From Candidatus Eiseniibacteriota bacterium (GTDB lineage: Bacteria; Joyebacterota; Joyebacteria; Joyebacterales; Joyebacteraceae), in the NCBI GenBank assembly GCA_043819135.1, contig JBDRFG010000079.1, positions 1 to 29,997 on the forward strand: a stretch of DNA of 29,997 nt, written 5' to 3'. The notes beneath the pieces were generated by a model. The model had not been told where the DNA came from, did not search any database, and was given only the letters and a program-made list of their open reading frames with translations. A program made the translations under genes and the position numbers. Positions 16,410 through 24,299 of this stretch are shown here, piece by piece; positions within the stretch are counted from its first letter, which is position 1; each line of letters begins with the position of its first letter.

Positions 16410-16955
16410 GTGAGTGGTCGCGGCGTGTCGTTGATGGGCTGTCTCCTGGCGTTCACGATAGCGCTGGGTGCTGTGGGGACGGCCCGAGCGAACGGCGATG
16501 TGGAGGCTGCCGGGAGTGCCCTGGTGCTTGCTCTGCCAGCGGTTTCGGCGGGGGCATCCCTGATTCACCGTGACAGCGACGGGTTCGTTCAGCTTGCCGG
16601 GTCGGCCGCCCTGGCGCTCGGGATCACGTACGGTCTGAAGTACGTCGTGAACGCCGAGCGCCCGAACGGGGGCGACCGCTCGCTCCCGTCCGGTCACGCG
16701 TCGCTCTCGTTCTGCTCGGCCGAGTTCCTGCGCAGGCGATACGGTTTGGCGTGGGGAGCGCCGGCCTATGCGGTCGCGGGCTTCGTCGGCTACAGCCGGG
16801 TCGATGCCCGGGAGCACTACACGGCGGACGTCATGGCCGGCGCGCTCATCGGCGCGGTCAGCGCGTGGGCGCTCACGCGGCCGTACGAGCACCTGTCCGT
16901 TGACGTGACCGTGTCCGAGGGAAGCTGCGGGCTGGTGGTCGCCTACATCTGGTGA
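16410..16955 (+). CDS. PAP2-family phosphatase
   Basis: LKYVVNAERP, PSGH, SRVDAREHYTADV catalytic motifs. Confidence 0.9.
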   Translation: MSGRGVSLMGCLLAFTIALGAVGTARANGDVEAAGSALVLALPAVSAGASLIHRDSDGFVQLAGSAALALGITYGLKYVVNAERPNGGDRSLPSGHASLSFCSAEFLRRRYGLAWGAPAYAVAGFVGYSRVDAREHYTADVMAGALIGAVSAWALTRPYEHLSVDVTVSEGSCGLVVAYIW

Positions 16956-16993
16956 GACGGCGAGGCGTCCGCGCCGCGCGGGGAGCGATAGGC

Positions 16994-17611
16994 ATGGGAA
17001 TCGACAGAGCATACGCGGGCGTGTGGCCACGCTTCTCCGCGCTGGTCGCGGACATCGTCCTCTTGTCGTGCGTGTTCTTTCCTGTGACTCGCATCGTCAA
17101 GGGCACGTGGGTCATGTCCGCGTCGGACCACGACTGGGCTGTGGGGCAGTTCGTGACGGACCCGCTGTGTCTGGCGTTCCTCGCAGTGATGTTCCTCTAC
17201 TTCGTTCTTCTGGAAGGACTGGTCGGCTTCACGCTCGGCAAACGCCTGATGCGCCTGCGCGTCGTGACTGTCAGCGGTGGACGGCCAGGCCTGGTCAGGG
17301 CTCTGGTCCGTAACGTCCTGCGGATTGTGGACGGTCTGCCGACTCTGGGTCTTGTCGGAGCCATCTTCATCTGGACGACGCCGGATAGGGCGCGGGTCGG
17401 GGATCTGGTGGCCGGCACGAGAGTCGTGAGCGCGGGGGGAGGCTCGCAAGCAGGGTGGAGCGTGGGAGGGCGATTGAGTAAGGGCAACGGGAGTAGATCC
17501 ACTGGACTTCTGGTGGCCGCGCTGCTGTGCTTCGGCGTCGCGGCTGTGTCGTTCAGCGGCGTGATTCTGCCGACGGGCGCGCAGACGGTGCGCGTCAGAA
17601 CTCAGCGGTGA
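16994..17611 (+). CDS. RDD-family membrane protein
   Basis: AGVWPRFSALVAD, TLGKRLMRLRVV, LVRNVLR, RVGDLVAGTRVV. Confidence 0.88.
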   Translation: MGIDRAYAGVWPRFSALVADIVLLSCVFFPVTRIVKGTWVMSASDHDWAVGQFVTDPLCLAFLAVMFLYFVLLEGLVGFTLGKRLMRLRVVTVSGGRPGLVRALVRNVLRIVDGLPTLGLVGAIFIWTTPDRARVGDLVAGTRVVSAGGGSQAGWSVGGRLSKGNGSRSTGLLVAALLCFGVAAVSFSGVILPTGAQTVRVRTQR

Positions 17612-17619
17612 GGTCGTCC

Positions 17620-18162
17620 GTGAAGAGAGTCGTGGTGATAGGCAGCAGTTGCTCGGGCAAGACGACGTTCGCGCGTCGCGTCGCAGGCGCACTGGGAGTC
17701 CCGTACGTCGAGCTGGACGCCCTCAACTGGGGCCCGAACTGGACGGAGTGTCCCGTGGACGACCTCCGTCTGGCAGTGCGAGAGCGCGTGTCCGGTAACG
17801 GCTGGGTCGTGGACGGCAACTACAGCAAGGTGCAGGACATAGTGTGGCCTCAGGCAACAGATGCCGTCTGGCTCAACTACCCGTTCCCGCTCGTGTTCGC
17901 ACGGGCTGTCAGGCGGACTCTGAGGCGGGTGTTCACGCGCGAAGAGCTTTTCGGTGGGTGCCGTGAGTCGTTCAGGACCGCGTTTCTCAGCAGGGACTCC
18001 ATCCTCTGGTGGGTCATTACATCTTTCAGGGGCCGGCGCAGGCAGTACGAGAAACTGTTCGAGGCGGGGATCTTCCCTCAGGTTCGACTGACGGAGCTCG
18101 GGCACCCGGGTGAGGCGGAGATGCTGGCGCGCCGTCTGGAAGAGATGGGGGGCGGCGCTTGA
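17620..18162 (+). CDS. Adenylate kinase-like / FlaR-type P-loop protein
   Basis: RVVVIGSSCSGKTT, ELDALNWGPNW, WVVDGNY. Confidence 0.88.
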   Translation: MKRVVVIGSSCSGKTTFARRVAGALGVPYVELDALNWGPNWTECPVDDLRLAVRERVSGNGWVVDGNYSKVQDIVWPQATDAVWLNYPFPLVFARAVRRTLRRVFTREELFGGCRESFRTAFLSRDSILWWVITSFRGRRRQYEKLFEAGIFPQVRLTELGHPGEAEMLARRLEEMGGGA

Positions 18163-18253
18163 CCTCTCGTTTACTTGGTGACTTCCGGACTTCGGCCGTG
18201 TACCTTCGACGTAGACATCACTTTGTGCCGTCGACCTGACAGGAGGCTCAGCC

Positions 18254-18898
18254 ATGTCGGGGTGGATACCGCAGGTGTACTACGATTTTCTGGCCCGTGT
18301 CGTTCCGGGCTCCGTGGTCCTGGTGGGAGTGTTCTACCTCAGGGAGGGGCCCGTAAGAGGCTTCAACTTCGCCCTTCGCTCGATGAGCGAGCCTGAGGGC
18401 TCACTGCTGTTCCGGTTCGGTGTCGGCCTGCTTGCCGCCTATCTTATCGGAGTCATCATCGGTGAACTTGGTGAGCTGTTGGCGGGACGTCTGCTCGAGC
18501 GACGGGACGCGGGATCCGAAGCGGGCTTCGCCAGGGAGTGCCTGGACGAGCACAACCGTGCTCTGGCGGTTCTGGGACGCGAGCCGGTTGCGGTGCTTCT
18601 CGACGATCTGCCCGACATGGATGTGATGATCGAACAGCTGACGCTGGCAGACCCGTACAGCGGCAGCCGTCTGCTGGCGCTCCTGGCCGAGAGACGACTA
18701 TGCCTGGTCCTCGCGTTCGGGCTCTTCCTGCTGTTCTTTGTCAATCTGTTCGCCTACATGGGAGATTTCGTTCCCAAACGTCTCGTGGTGGAAGGGCTGT
18801 TTCTTCTCTCGCTGCTCGTGTTCTGGCGCAGGTCCACCAGACTGCACGAGCGCGTCGTGCGGCAGACCTGTCTGGGATGGTTGATGAGAGTCTCCTGA
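18254..18898 (+). CDS. Membrane hypothetical protein
   Basis: AGGAGG RBS; YDFLARVVPG start; four hydrophobic helices. Confidence 0.75.
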   Translation: MSGWIPQVYYDFLARVVPGSVVLVGVFYLREGPVRGFNFALRSMSEPEGSLLFRFGVGLLAAYLIGVIIGELGELLAGRLLERRDAGSEAGFARECLDEHNRALAVLGREPVAVLLDDLPDMDVMIEQLTLADPYSGSRLLALLAERRLCLVLAFGLFLLFFVNLFAYMGDFVPKRLVVEGLFLLSLLVFWRRSTRLHERVVRQTCLGWLMRVS

Positions 18899-19078
18899 AG
18901 CGGGCCGTGGCAGGAGTCGGATCTCGGAAGTCGATGAGTTCGATGCAGCGGGTCGGCGACCGAGGTGGCGTCGGCCCGCCGCTTGTCGAGTGGGAACGGG
19001 GAAGAGCGGGAGCGTCAGGCCGCATCCCTCGCGCCGGTGTGCAGGGAACGAGTGACAAGGTGAGACCGGAGGCCGGCA

Positions 19079-19489
19079 GTGAAGGATAAGCCTCTCAGGT
19101 TCATCAGCGAGAGAGTTGAACCCCTGTTCGCCGACGAAAAGGGATTCGAGAAGCGTCCGCTGTGCTTGCGGGGATTCGTGTGGCACGGACAAACATATCA
19201 GATCGACGAGTGTCTCAGCGAGTGGCGCGACTATGCGCGGCGCGGGAAGATGGCGCACAACATGCGCCCCTCTCACCTCGTGTCGGCGGAGAAGCGAGGG
19301 TCGCGCGGCGTGGGTCGCCACTACTTCCGAGTGCGCACGAACGACGGACGAGTGTTTGACCTCTACTACGACCGCGCTCCGAGGGACACGGCAGATCGGA
19401 AGGGCAGCTGGCACCTGTTCAGGGAGATGGAGCCCGGCGCGGGACCGGGTGGCGGAGCGCGGGCCGCCGGCGGGGAGGAACGGCCGTGA
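19079..19489 (+). CDS. Hypothetical protein (DUF6504-like)
   Basis: FVWHGQTYQI...W...RHYFRVRTNDGRVFDLYYDR...W pattern. Confidence 0.7.
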   Translation: MKDKPLRFISERVEPLFADEKGFEKRPLCLRGFVWHGQTYQIDECLSEWRDYARRGKMAHNMRPSHLVSAEKRGSRGVGRHYFRVRTNDGRVFDLYYDRAPRDTADRKGSWHLFREMEPGAGPGGGARAAGGEERP

Positions 19490-20784
19490 GCGAACGGGTG
19501 GAGAAGCGGGAGTTCGTGAGAAGAGTCCGGGAGTCGTGGGAGAGCTGGGAACGCCAGGTCGCTCGCTGTCCGGTTGGGCGGATGGAACTGCCCGGCTTCT
19601 ACAGAGAACGCTCGCTTCGTGATGTCATCATGCACATCACGTGGTACGAGCGCCAGATGGTTGGCATTCTGGAGTCGAGAAGCTTCGAAGGTTCGCCGCT
19701 CTGGGAGTTGCCGACGGACGAGCGGAACGGCATCATCTACGGGGAGAATGAGAACAGGGCGCTCGACGATGTGCGTGGCGAGTCGACGCGTGTGCATGCG
19801 CGGATGATGGAGCTCATGGATGGTCTGGCGGACGATGAACTGAATGACCCCGCGTCGTTTCCCGGCATGCCGGCCGAATGGGCGCCCTGGGACGTGATAG
19901 CGAGCAACACGTACGAGCACTACGACGGGCACGCCGAGAGCATGGAGACCTGGCTCGAGCCCCAGGCAGAAACCCCCTCGGGCGCCTCCGCTGCGGACAG
20001 CGGCCGTTCTGGGAACGAACCGGGTCTCAAGGAACTCATCACGGGGACGGTGCGGTCCGTGGTCGCGGACGGCCGCACAGTCACCGCGTATCGACCGCCG
20101 CTCGTGGGTTTCGCTGACGCCACCGACCCGCGCTTCGGTGATCTGAGCGGGCACGTGGGCTCCTGCGAGATGCTGCCGGAGGACCTTCTCCCGGGAGCCC
20201 GGACGGTCGTGTCGTTCTTCCTGCCGTTCGGCGAAGAGGTGGTCGAGGCGAACAGGCAGAGGAAGTCACGCGTGGCATCCGAGTGGGCCGTCGCCTACAT
20301 CGAGACGAACGCGCTCATCGGCCGCGTCTGCGGCGCTCTTGCGGAAGTGCTTGGCGAACACGGTTTTCGCGCTGCTGCGGAGCCGGCCACGGGCAAGTTC
20401 GACCGGAAGACTCTCAAGAGCTGCTGGTCCCACAAGAGCGCCGCCGTCATCGCGGGGCTCGGGACCTTCGGCCTCCACCACATGGTAATCACAGAGGCGG
20501 GGTGCGCGGGGAGGCTCGGAAGCCTGGTCACGGACGCCGCCATCTCACCAGAGCCTCGCTCGGTCCGCCAGTACTGCGCTCACCTCCGCGGGGAGACGTG
20601 CCAGGACTGCGTCGCCCGCTGTCCCATCGGCGCCCTCAACGGCGAGGGTGCCATCGACACGGCGATCTGCTGGGTCCGCTGCACGGCCGTTGCGGACAGG
20701 ATAGGTGGTGACGAGCGCGCAGAAGTGTGCGGCAAGTGCGCGGTGGGGCCGTGCGCGATGGAGTCGCCGCGGTCGAGAGACTGA
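19486..20784 (+). CDS. Fusion of a DinB/ClbS-DfsB-like four-helix domain and an epoxyqueuosine reductase-like Fe-S domain
   Basis: N-terminal SLRDVIMHITWYE...NTYEHYDGH; linker; WSHKSAAVIAGLGTFG, GCAGRLGSLVT, CQDCVARCP, CGKCAVGPC. Confidence 0.75.
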   Translation: MSERVEKREFVRRVRESWESWERQVARCPVGRMELPGFYRERSLRDVIMHITWYERQMVGILESRSFEGSPLWELPTDERNGIIYGENENRALDDVRGESTRVHARMMELMDGLADDELNDPASFPGMPAEWAPWDVIASNTYEHYDGHAESMETWLEPQAETPSGASAADSGRSGNEPGLKELITGTVRSVVADGRTVTAYRPPLVGFADATDPRFGDLSGHVGSCEMLPEDLLPGARTVVSFFLPFGEEVVEANRQRKSRVASEWAVAYIETNALIGRVCGALAEVLGEHGFRAAAEPATGKFDRKTLKSCWSHKSAAVIAGLGTFGLHHMVITEAGCAGRLGSLVTDAAISPEPRSVRQYCAHLRGETCQDCVARCPIGALNGEGAIDTAICWVRCTAVADRIGGDERAEVCGKCAVGPCAMESPRSRD

Positions 20785-20803
20785 AGTGGGTGGGGGGCAC
20801 GAC

Positions 20804-21292
20804 GTGATCGTCATCCGAGAAGCCGCCACCGGCGACGACCTGGTGCTTGTTCGAGCGCTCTTCCGGGAGTACGCGGACTCGCTTGGTTTCGAACTGGACT
20901 TCCAGAACTTCGCGGAGGAACTCGCTGGTCTTCCCGGCGATTACGAGCGTCCTTCCGGATGTGTGTTGCTTGCAGAGGTCCGCGGCGAGTGCGCGGGGTG
21001 CGTCGCGCTCCGACCCTTCGCGGGCGACGTATGTGAAATGAAGCGGCTCTACGTGCGGAGCGCGTTCCGCGGGCGTGGCATCGGTCGGACGCTCGCGGAG
21101 GCGGTCATCGCCCGAGCGAAGCGGGCCGCCTACGCGAGCATGCGCCTCGACACGATATCGACCATGTCGGCGGCGAACTCCCTCTACCGATCCCTCGGTT
21201 TTCTTGAGATCCCTCAGTACAGATCCAACCCGGTCGCAGGCGCCCTGTACTTCGAATTGGCTCTTGCTGAAGCCCCGGGAGACAGCCAGTGA
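20804..21292 (+). CDS. GNAT N-acetyltransferase
   Basis: LFREYA, GCVALR, CEMKRLYVR, RGRGIGR, MRLDT, LYRSLGF. Confidence 0.9.
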   Translation: MIVIREAATGDDLVLVRALFREYADSLGFELDFQNFAEELAGLPGDYERPSGCVLLAEVRGECAGCVALRPFAGDVCEMKRLYVRSAFRGRGIGRTLAEAVIARAKRAAYASMRLDTISTMSAANSLYRSLGFLEIPQYRSNPVAGALYFELALAEAPGDSQ

Positions 21293-21900
21293 AAGAGCGG
21301 ATTCGTTCGAACGGAAGCTACCAAGAGCAAACCTTCGAGGGCATCGATTCCGCCGATGTTACGATCGGCAGGGCGGAGTTCCGGGACTGCCGGTTCTACA
21401 AGTGCAGATTCCCAGAGACGATCTTCAACACGTGCACCTTCGATGCGTGCGTCTTTCGGGAATGTGACCTCGGTCTCGCGAAGCTGCCACACTGCTCCTT
21501 CTCAGGCACGGTCTTCGAGGGATGCAAGCTCATCGGCATTAACTGGACCGAGGCGCGCTGGGCCGCGACCAGGCTCTGGGATCCCGTTACCTTCAGGAAG
21601 TGCGTGCTGGACCACTCGACCTTCCTCGGTCTGAGCCTCAAGGCCATCAGTCTCACGGATTGCATGGCGAAGGAAGTTGACTTCCGCGAGGTCGACCTGT
21701 CGGAAGCCGACTTCGCCGGCACGGACCTGACCGGGAGCCTGTTCTCGGGCACGAATCTGACGGGGGCCTCCTTCGACGGAGCGTACAACTACAGCATAGA
21801 CCCGCGCATCAACACTCTGAAGGGCGCGAAGTTCGCGCTGCCGGAGGCCATGTCGCTCCTGGCCGGACTCGAGATCGAGTTGACGGGATGGGGTGAGTGA
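21289..21900 (+). CDS. Pentapeptide repeat protein
   Basis: Continuous 5-residue periodicity (FRDCR FYKCR ... LSEAD FAGTD LTGSL FSGTN LTGAS). Confidence 0.92.
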   Translation: MKERIRSNGSYQEQTFEGIDSADVTIGRAEFRDCRFYKCRFPETIFNTCTFDACVFRECDLGLAKLPHCSFSGTVFEGCKLIGINWTEARWAATRLWDPVTFRKCVLDHSTFLGLSLKAISLTDCMAKEVDFREVDLSEADFAGTDLTGSLFSGTNLTGASFDGAYNYSIDPRINTLKGAKFALPEAMSLLAGLEIELTGWGE

Positions 21901-22093
21901 GGAGGGATTTCTCGAGAGACGGAGCCTCGGTTTGGGGGTTGTGGTTGGCACCCTCACCGTCTATCGTAGCGTTTGAGCGCTTGTGGGGCGGCTTTGCTCA
22001 CTAGCTTGCAGCGGTCCGCCGATCGCTGCAAGGCCTTGGGAAGTTGTGCACAGGCTGAGGTAGACGCGAGGATAAGGTGGGGAAGGAGCGGCT

Positions 22094-23041
22094 TTGACTG
22101 CAATGCCGCGAACGGGAACGGTCTTCTTCACGAGCGTCGGCTCCGCGCAGCAGCTGCCGCGCGCGAAGCTGCTAATCGAGAGCATCCACGCACACGGCGG
22201 CGAGCTGGCCCGGTGTCCCGTGTGGGTGCTCGAGCAGGATCCGGTCGGGGCGCCGTGTGGTGGCCTGGCGGGAGCGGGTGTGCAGGTGTTCCCCGTATCG
22301 GCCGCGGACTCGCTCGGTGGATATCTCTTCGCCGGAAAGGTCTCGGCCTGCGCTCGGGCAGAGGAACTGGCCGCGGACTCCGTCGGCTCGCTCGTCTGGC
22401 TCATTCCGGAGTGCCTGATACTGAAGCCCCCGGTGCTGCTTGAGCTGTCCGATTCGATCATTGCCGCGGTGAGGCCCGTCCACATCCGGAACGTGGGGCT
22501 GCCGGCGGGATCCACGCCGGACGCTTTCTGGAGGGGCATCTTCGACGCGGTCGGCGAACCCGATCCTTCCTTCACGGTCGAGTCGTTCGTCGAGTCAGAG
22601 CACATCCGGCCTTACTTCAACTCCGCGGCCTTCTCCGTTCGCCCGGCCGCCGGACTGATGCGCCGATGGCTGGAGTTGTTCGAGGGCATGGTGAACAACG
22701 CGGCATTTCGGGCAGCCGCCTGCGGTGACGAGTGGCATCGCATCTTCCTTCACCAGGCGATCCTCAGTACCCTCCTTGCAACGTCCGTCGACAGGACCGG
22801 TATCAGGGAGCTTCCGCCGGACTACGGTTATCCCTACAATCTTCACGGCTCGGTGCCCCGGGAGAGGCGCGCTCAGGCACTGGACGATCTCGTCTGCGCC
22901 GTCTACGAGCAGCGCACCGTGGACCCGGCATCGGTCACCGACATCGAGATACGTGAGCCGTTGCGCTCGTGGCTCGGTGTGAAGGTTGGGGAGGCCGAGG
23001 GGCGCACGTCGCGCGAGGGTGGTTGGGAGGGTAGTTCATGA
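22094..23041 (+). CDS. Hypothetical protein, possible GT-A-like fold
   Basis: AAGGAG RBS; LIESI, PYFNSA, HQAILS, LPPDYGYP loosely resemble GT8-like motifs; no clear DxD. Confidence 0.6.
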   Translation: MTAMPRTGTVFFTSVGSAQQLPRAKLLIESIHAHGGELARCPVWVLEQDPVGAPCGGLAGAGVQVFPVSAADSLGGYLFAGKVSACARAEELAADSVGSLVWLIPECLILKPPVLLELSDSIIAAVRPVHIRNVGLPAGSTPDAFWRGIFDAVGEPDPSFTVESFVESEHIRPYFNSAAFSVRPAAGLMRRWLELFEGMVNNAAFRAAACGDEWHRIFLHQAILSTLLATSVDRTGIRELPPDYGYPYNLHGSVPRERRAQALDDLVCAVYEQRTVDPASVTDIEIREPLRSWLGVKVGEAEGRTSREGGWEGSS

Positions 23042-23982
23042 ACCGTTCCCGGAGCGGGAGGAGGAGCAGCATGCCCGACGGCGCCCGAACATCCGGACTG
23101 ACCCCGAGGAGCGTCACCTGGTCCGGGATAGTCGTGAACGTGGTGCTGTCACTGGCGAAGGTCGGCGTAGGCCTCACCCTTCGCAGCAACGCCCTTCTGG
23201 CCGATGGGTTGCATAGCGTATCCGATCTCGTCACGGACTCGGCGGTGCTCGTGGGCCTGCGGATCTCCTCAAGGCCTGCGGATGAGGACCACCATTACGG
23301 TCATCGCCGCGTGACGACGCTCGTGACGTTGTTCGTCGGCGCCGCGCTGCTGGCAACGGCGGGGTGGATAGTCTACAATGCCATCGTCACTTACGGAGAA
23401 GCTCACGGGCGGGCTATGGGCACGCTGCCCTTCTGGGTCGCCCTCCTGTCTATCGCGCCCAAGGAACTGCTCTACCGCCTGACGATCAGGGTGGGACGGG
23501 ACGCGGGCGACACATCGGTAATCGCCAACGCGTGGCATCACCGTTCGGACGCGTTCACGTCGATAGCCGCCGCGGCCGGACTTGCGGGCGTCGCGTTCGG
23601 CGGACCCGAGATGGCCTTTCTCGACCATCTGACGGCGGTCGTCCTGTCCGCGTTCCTCGCCGTGACCGCGTTCCGGTTCATCAGTGAGAGCGTGTCGGAG
23701 CTGATCGATGTTGCCCCCGATGCGGCCGTCATGGAGCGCATAGACCGGACCGTGAGCGAGACCCCGGGAGTCGTGGAGCATCATCAGCTGCGACTCCGCA
23801 AGATGGCCGGTTCGGTGCTGCTGGACGTTCACGTTCACGTGGACCCGGAGTTGAGCGTCGTCGATGGGCACGACATCGCGAGCGAGGTCCAGGAGCGGCT
23901 TCTAGGCTGCGGCTGCAACGTGGTCGAGGCGGTAGTACACGTTGAACCGGCCGAGGACGGCCCGGGCGAACTACCCGGCTGA
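23038..23982 (+). CDS. Cation diffusion facilitator (CDF) family transporter
   Basis: ALLADGLHSVSD, PADEDHHYGH, NAWHHRSD, GHDIA, VHVEP. Start may be ATG23071. Confidence 0.93.
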   Translation: MNRSRSGRRSSMPDGARTSGLTPRSVTWSGIVVNVVLSLAKVGVGLTLRSNALLADGLHSVSDLVTDSAVLVGLRISSRPADEDHHYGHRRVTTLVTLFVGAALLATAGWIVYNAIVTYGEAHGRAMGTLPFWVALLSIAPKELLYRLTIRVGRDAGDTSVIANAWHHRSDAFTSIAAAAGLAGVAFGGPEMAFLDHLTAVVLSAFLAVTAFRFISESVSELIDVAPDAAVMERIDRTVSETPGVVEHHQLRLRKMAGSVLLDVHVHVDPELSVVDGHDIASEVQERLLGCGCNVVEAVVHVEPAEDGPGELPG

Positions 23983-24027
23983 GCGGGACCGCCCGGCTGA
24001 GCGGACCAACCAGGCTGAGCGCGCCGA
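23974..24027 (+). repeat. 3 x 18-bp imperfect tandem repeat
   Basis: CCCGGCTGAGCGGGACCG / CCCGGCTGAGCGGACCAA / CCAGGCTGAGCGCGCCGA. Confidence 0.8.
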
Positions 24028-24283
24028 CGCCGTTGCGGTCGGCTCGATAATGGCCCGCGTGGCTATCTCAACCGATGTCCACGGTTCGAAGGTCGTGGCC
24101 GTGGTCGCGCACCACGACTGCGCAGGGAATCCCGCCGACGAGGCGACCCAGCGCGGCCAGCTCACCAGGGCGCTGGACTTCTTGTCGCAGCGCGTTCCCG
24201 GCGTCCTGGTGCTGGGGCTCTGGGTGGACAGCGAGCGGTCTGTCTTCGAGGCCGAGCGGCGAGAGCCGTCCGCGGCGGCATAG
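24028..24283 (+). pseudogene. C-terminal half of a beta-carbonic-anhydrase-like protein
   Basis: HGSKVVAVVAHHDCAGNP (HxxC zinc ligands) and LGLWVD are present; the N-terminal CxDxR motif is absent. Confidence 0.6.
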
Positions 24284-24299
24284 AGGAGGGTTCTGACGG

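Noticed and set aside
21289..21900. Calling the pentapeptide repeat protein qnr/mfpA
   Set aside because: The repeat pattern alone cannot establish quinolone-resistance function.
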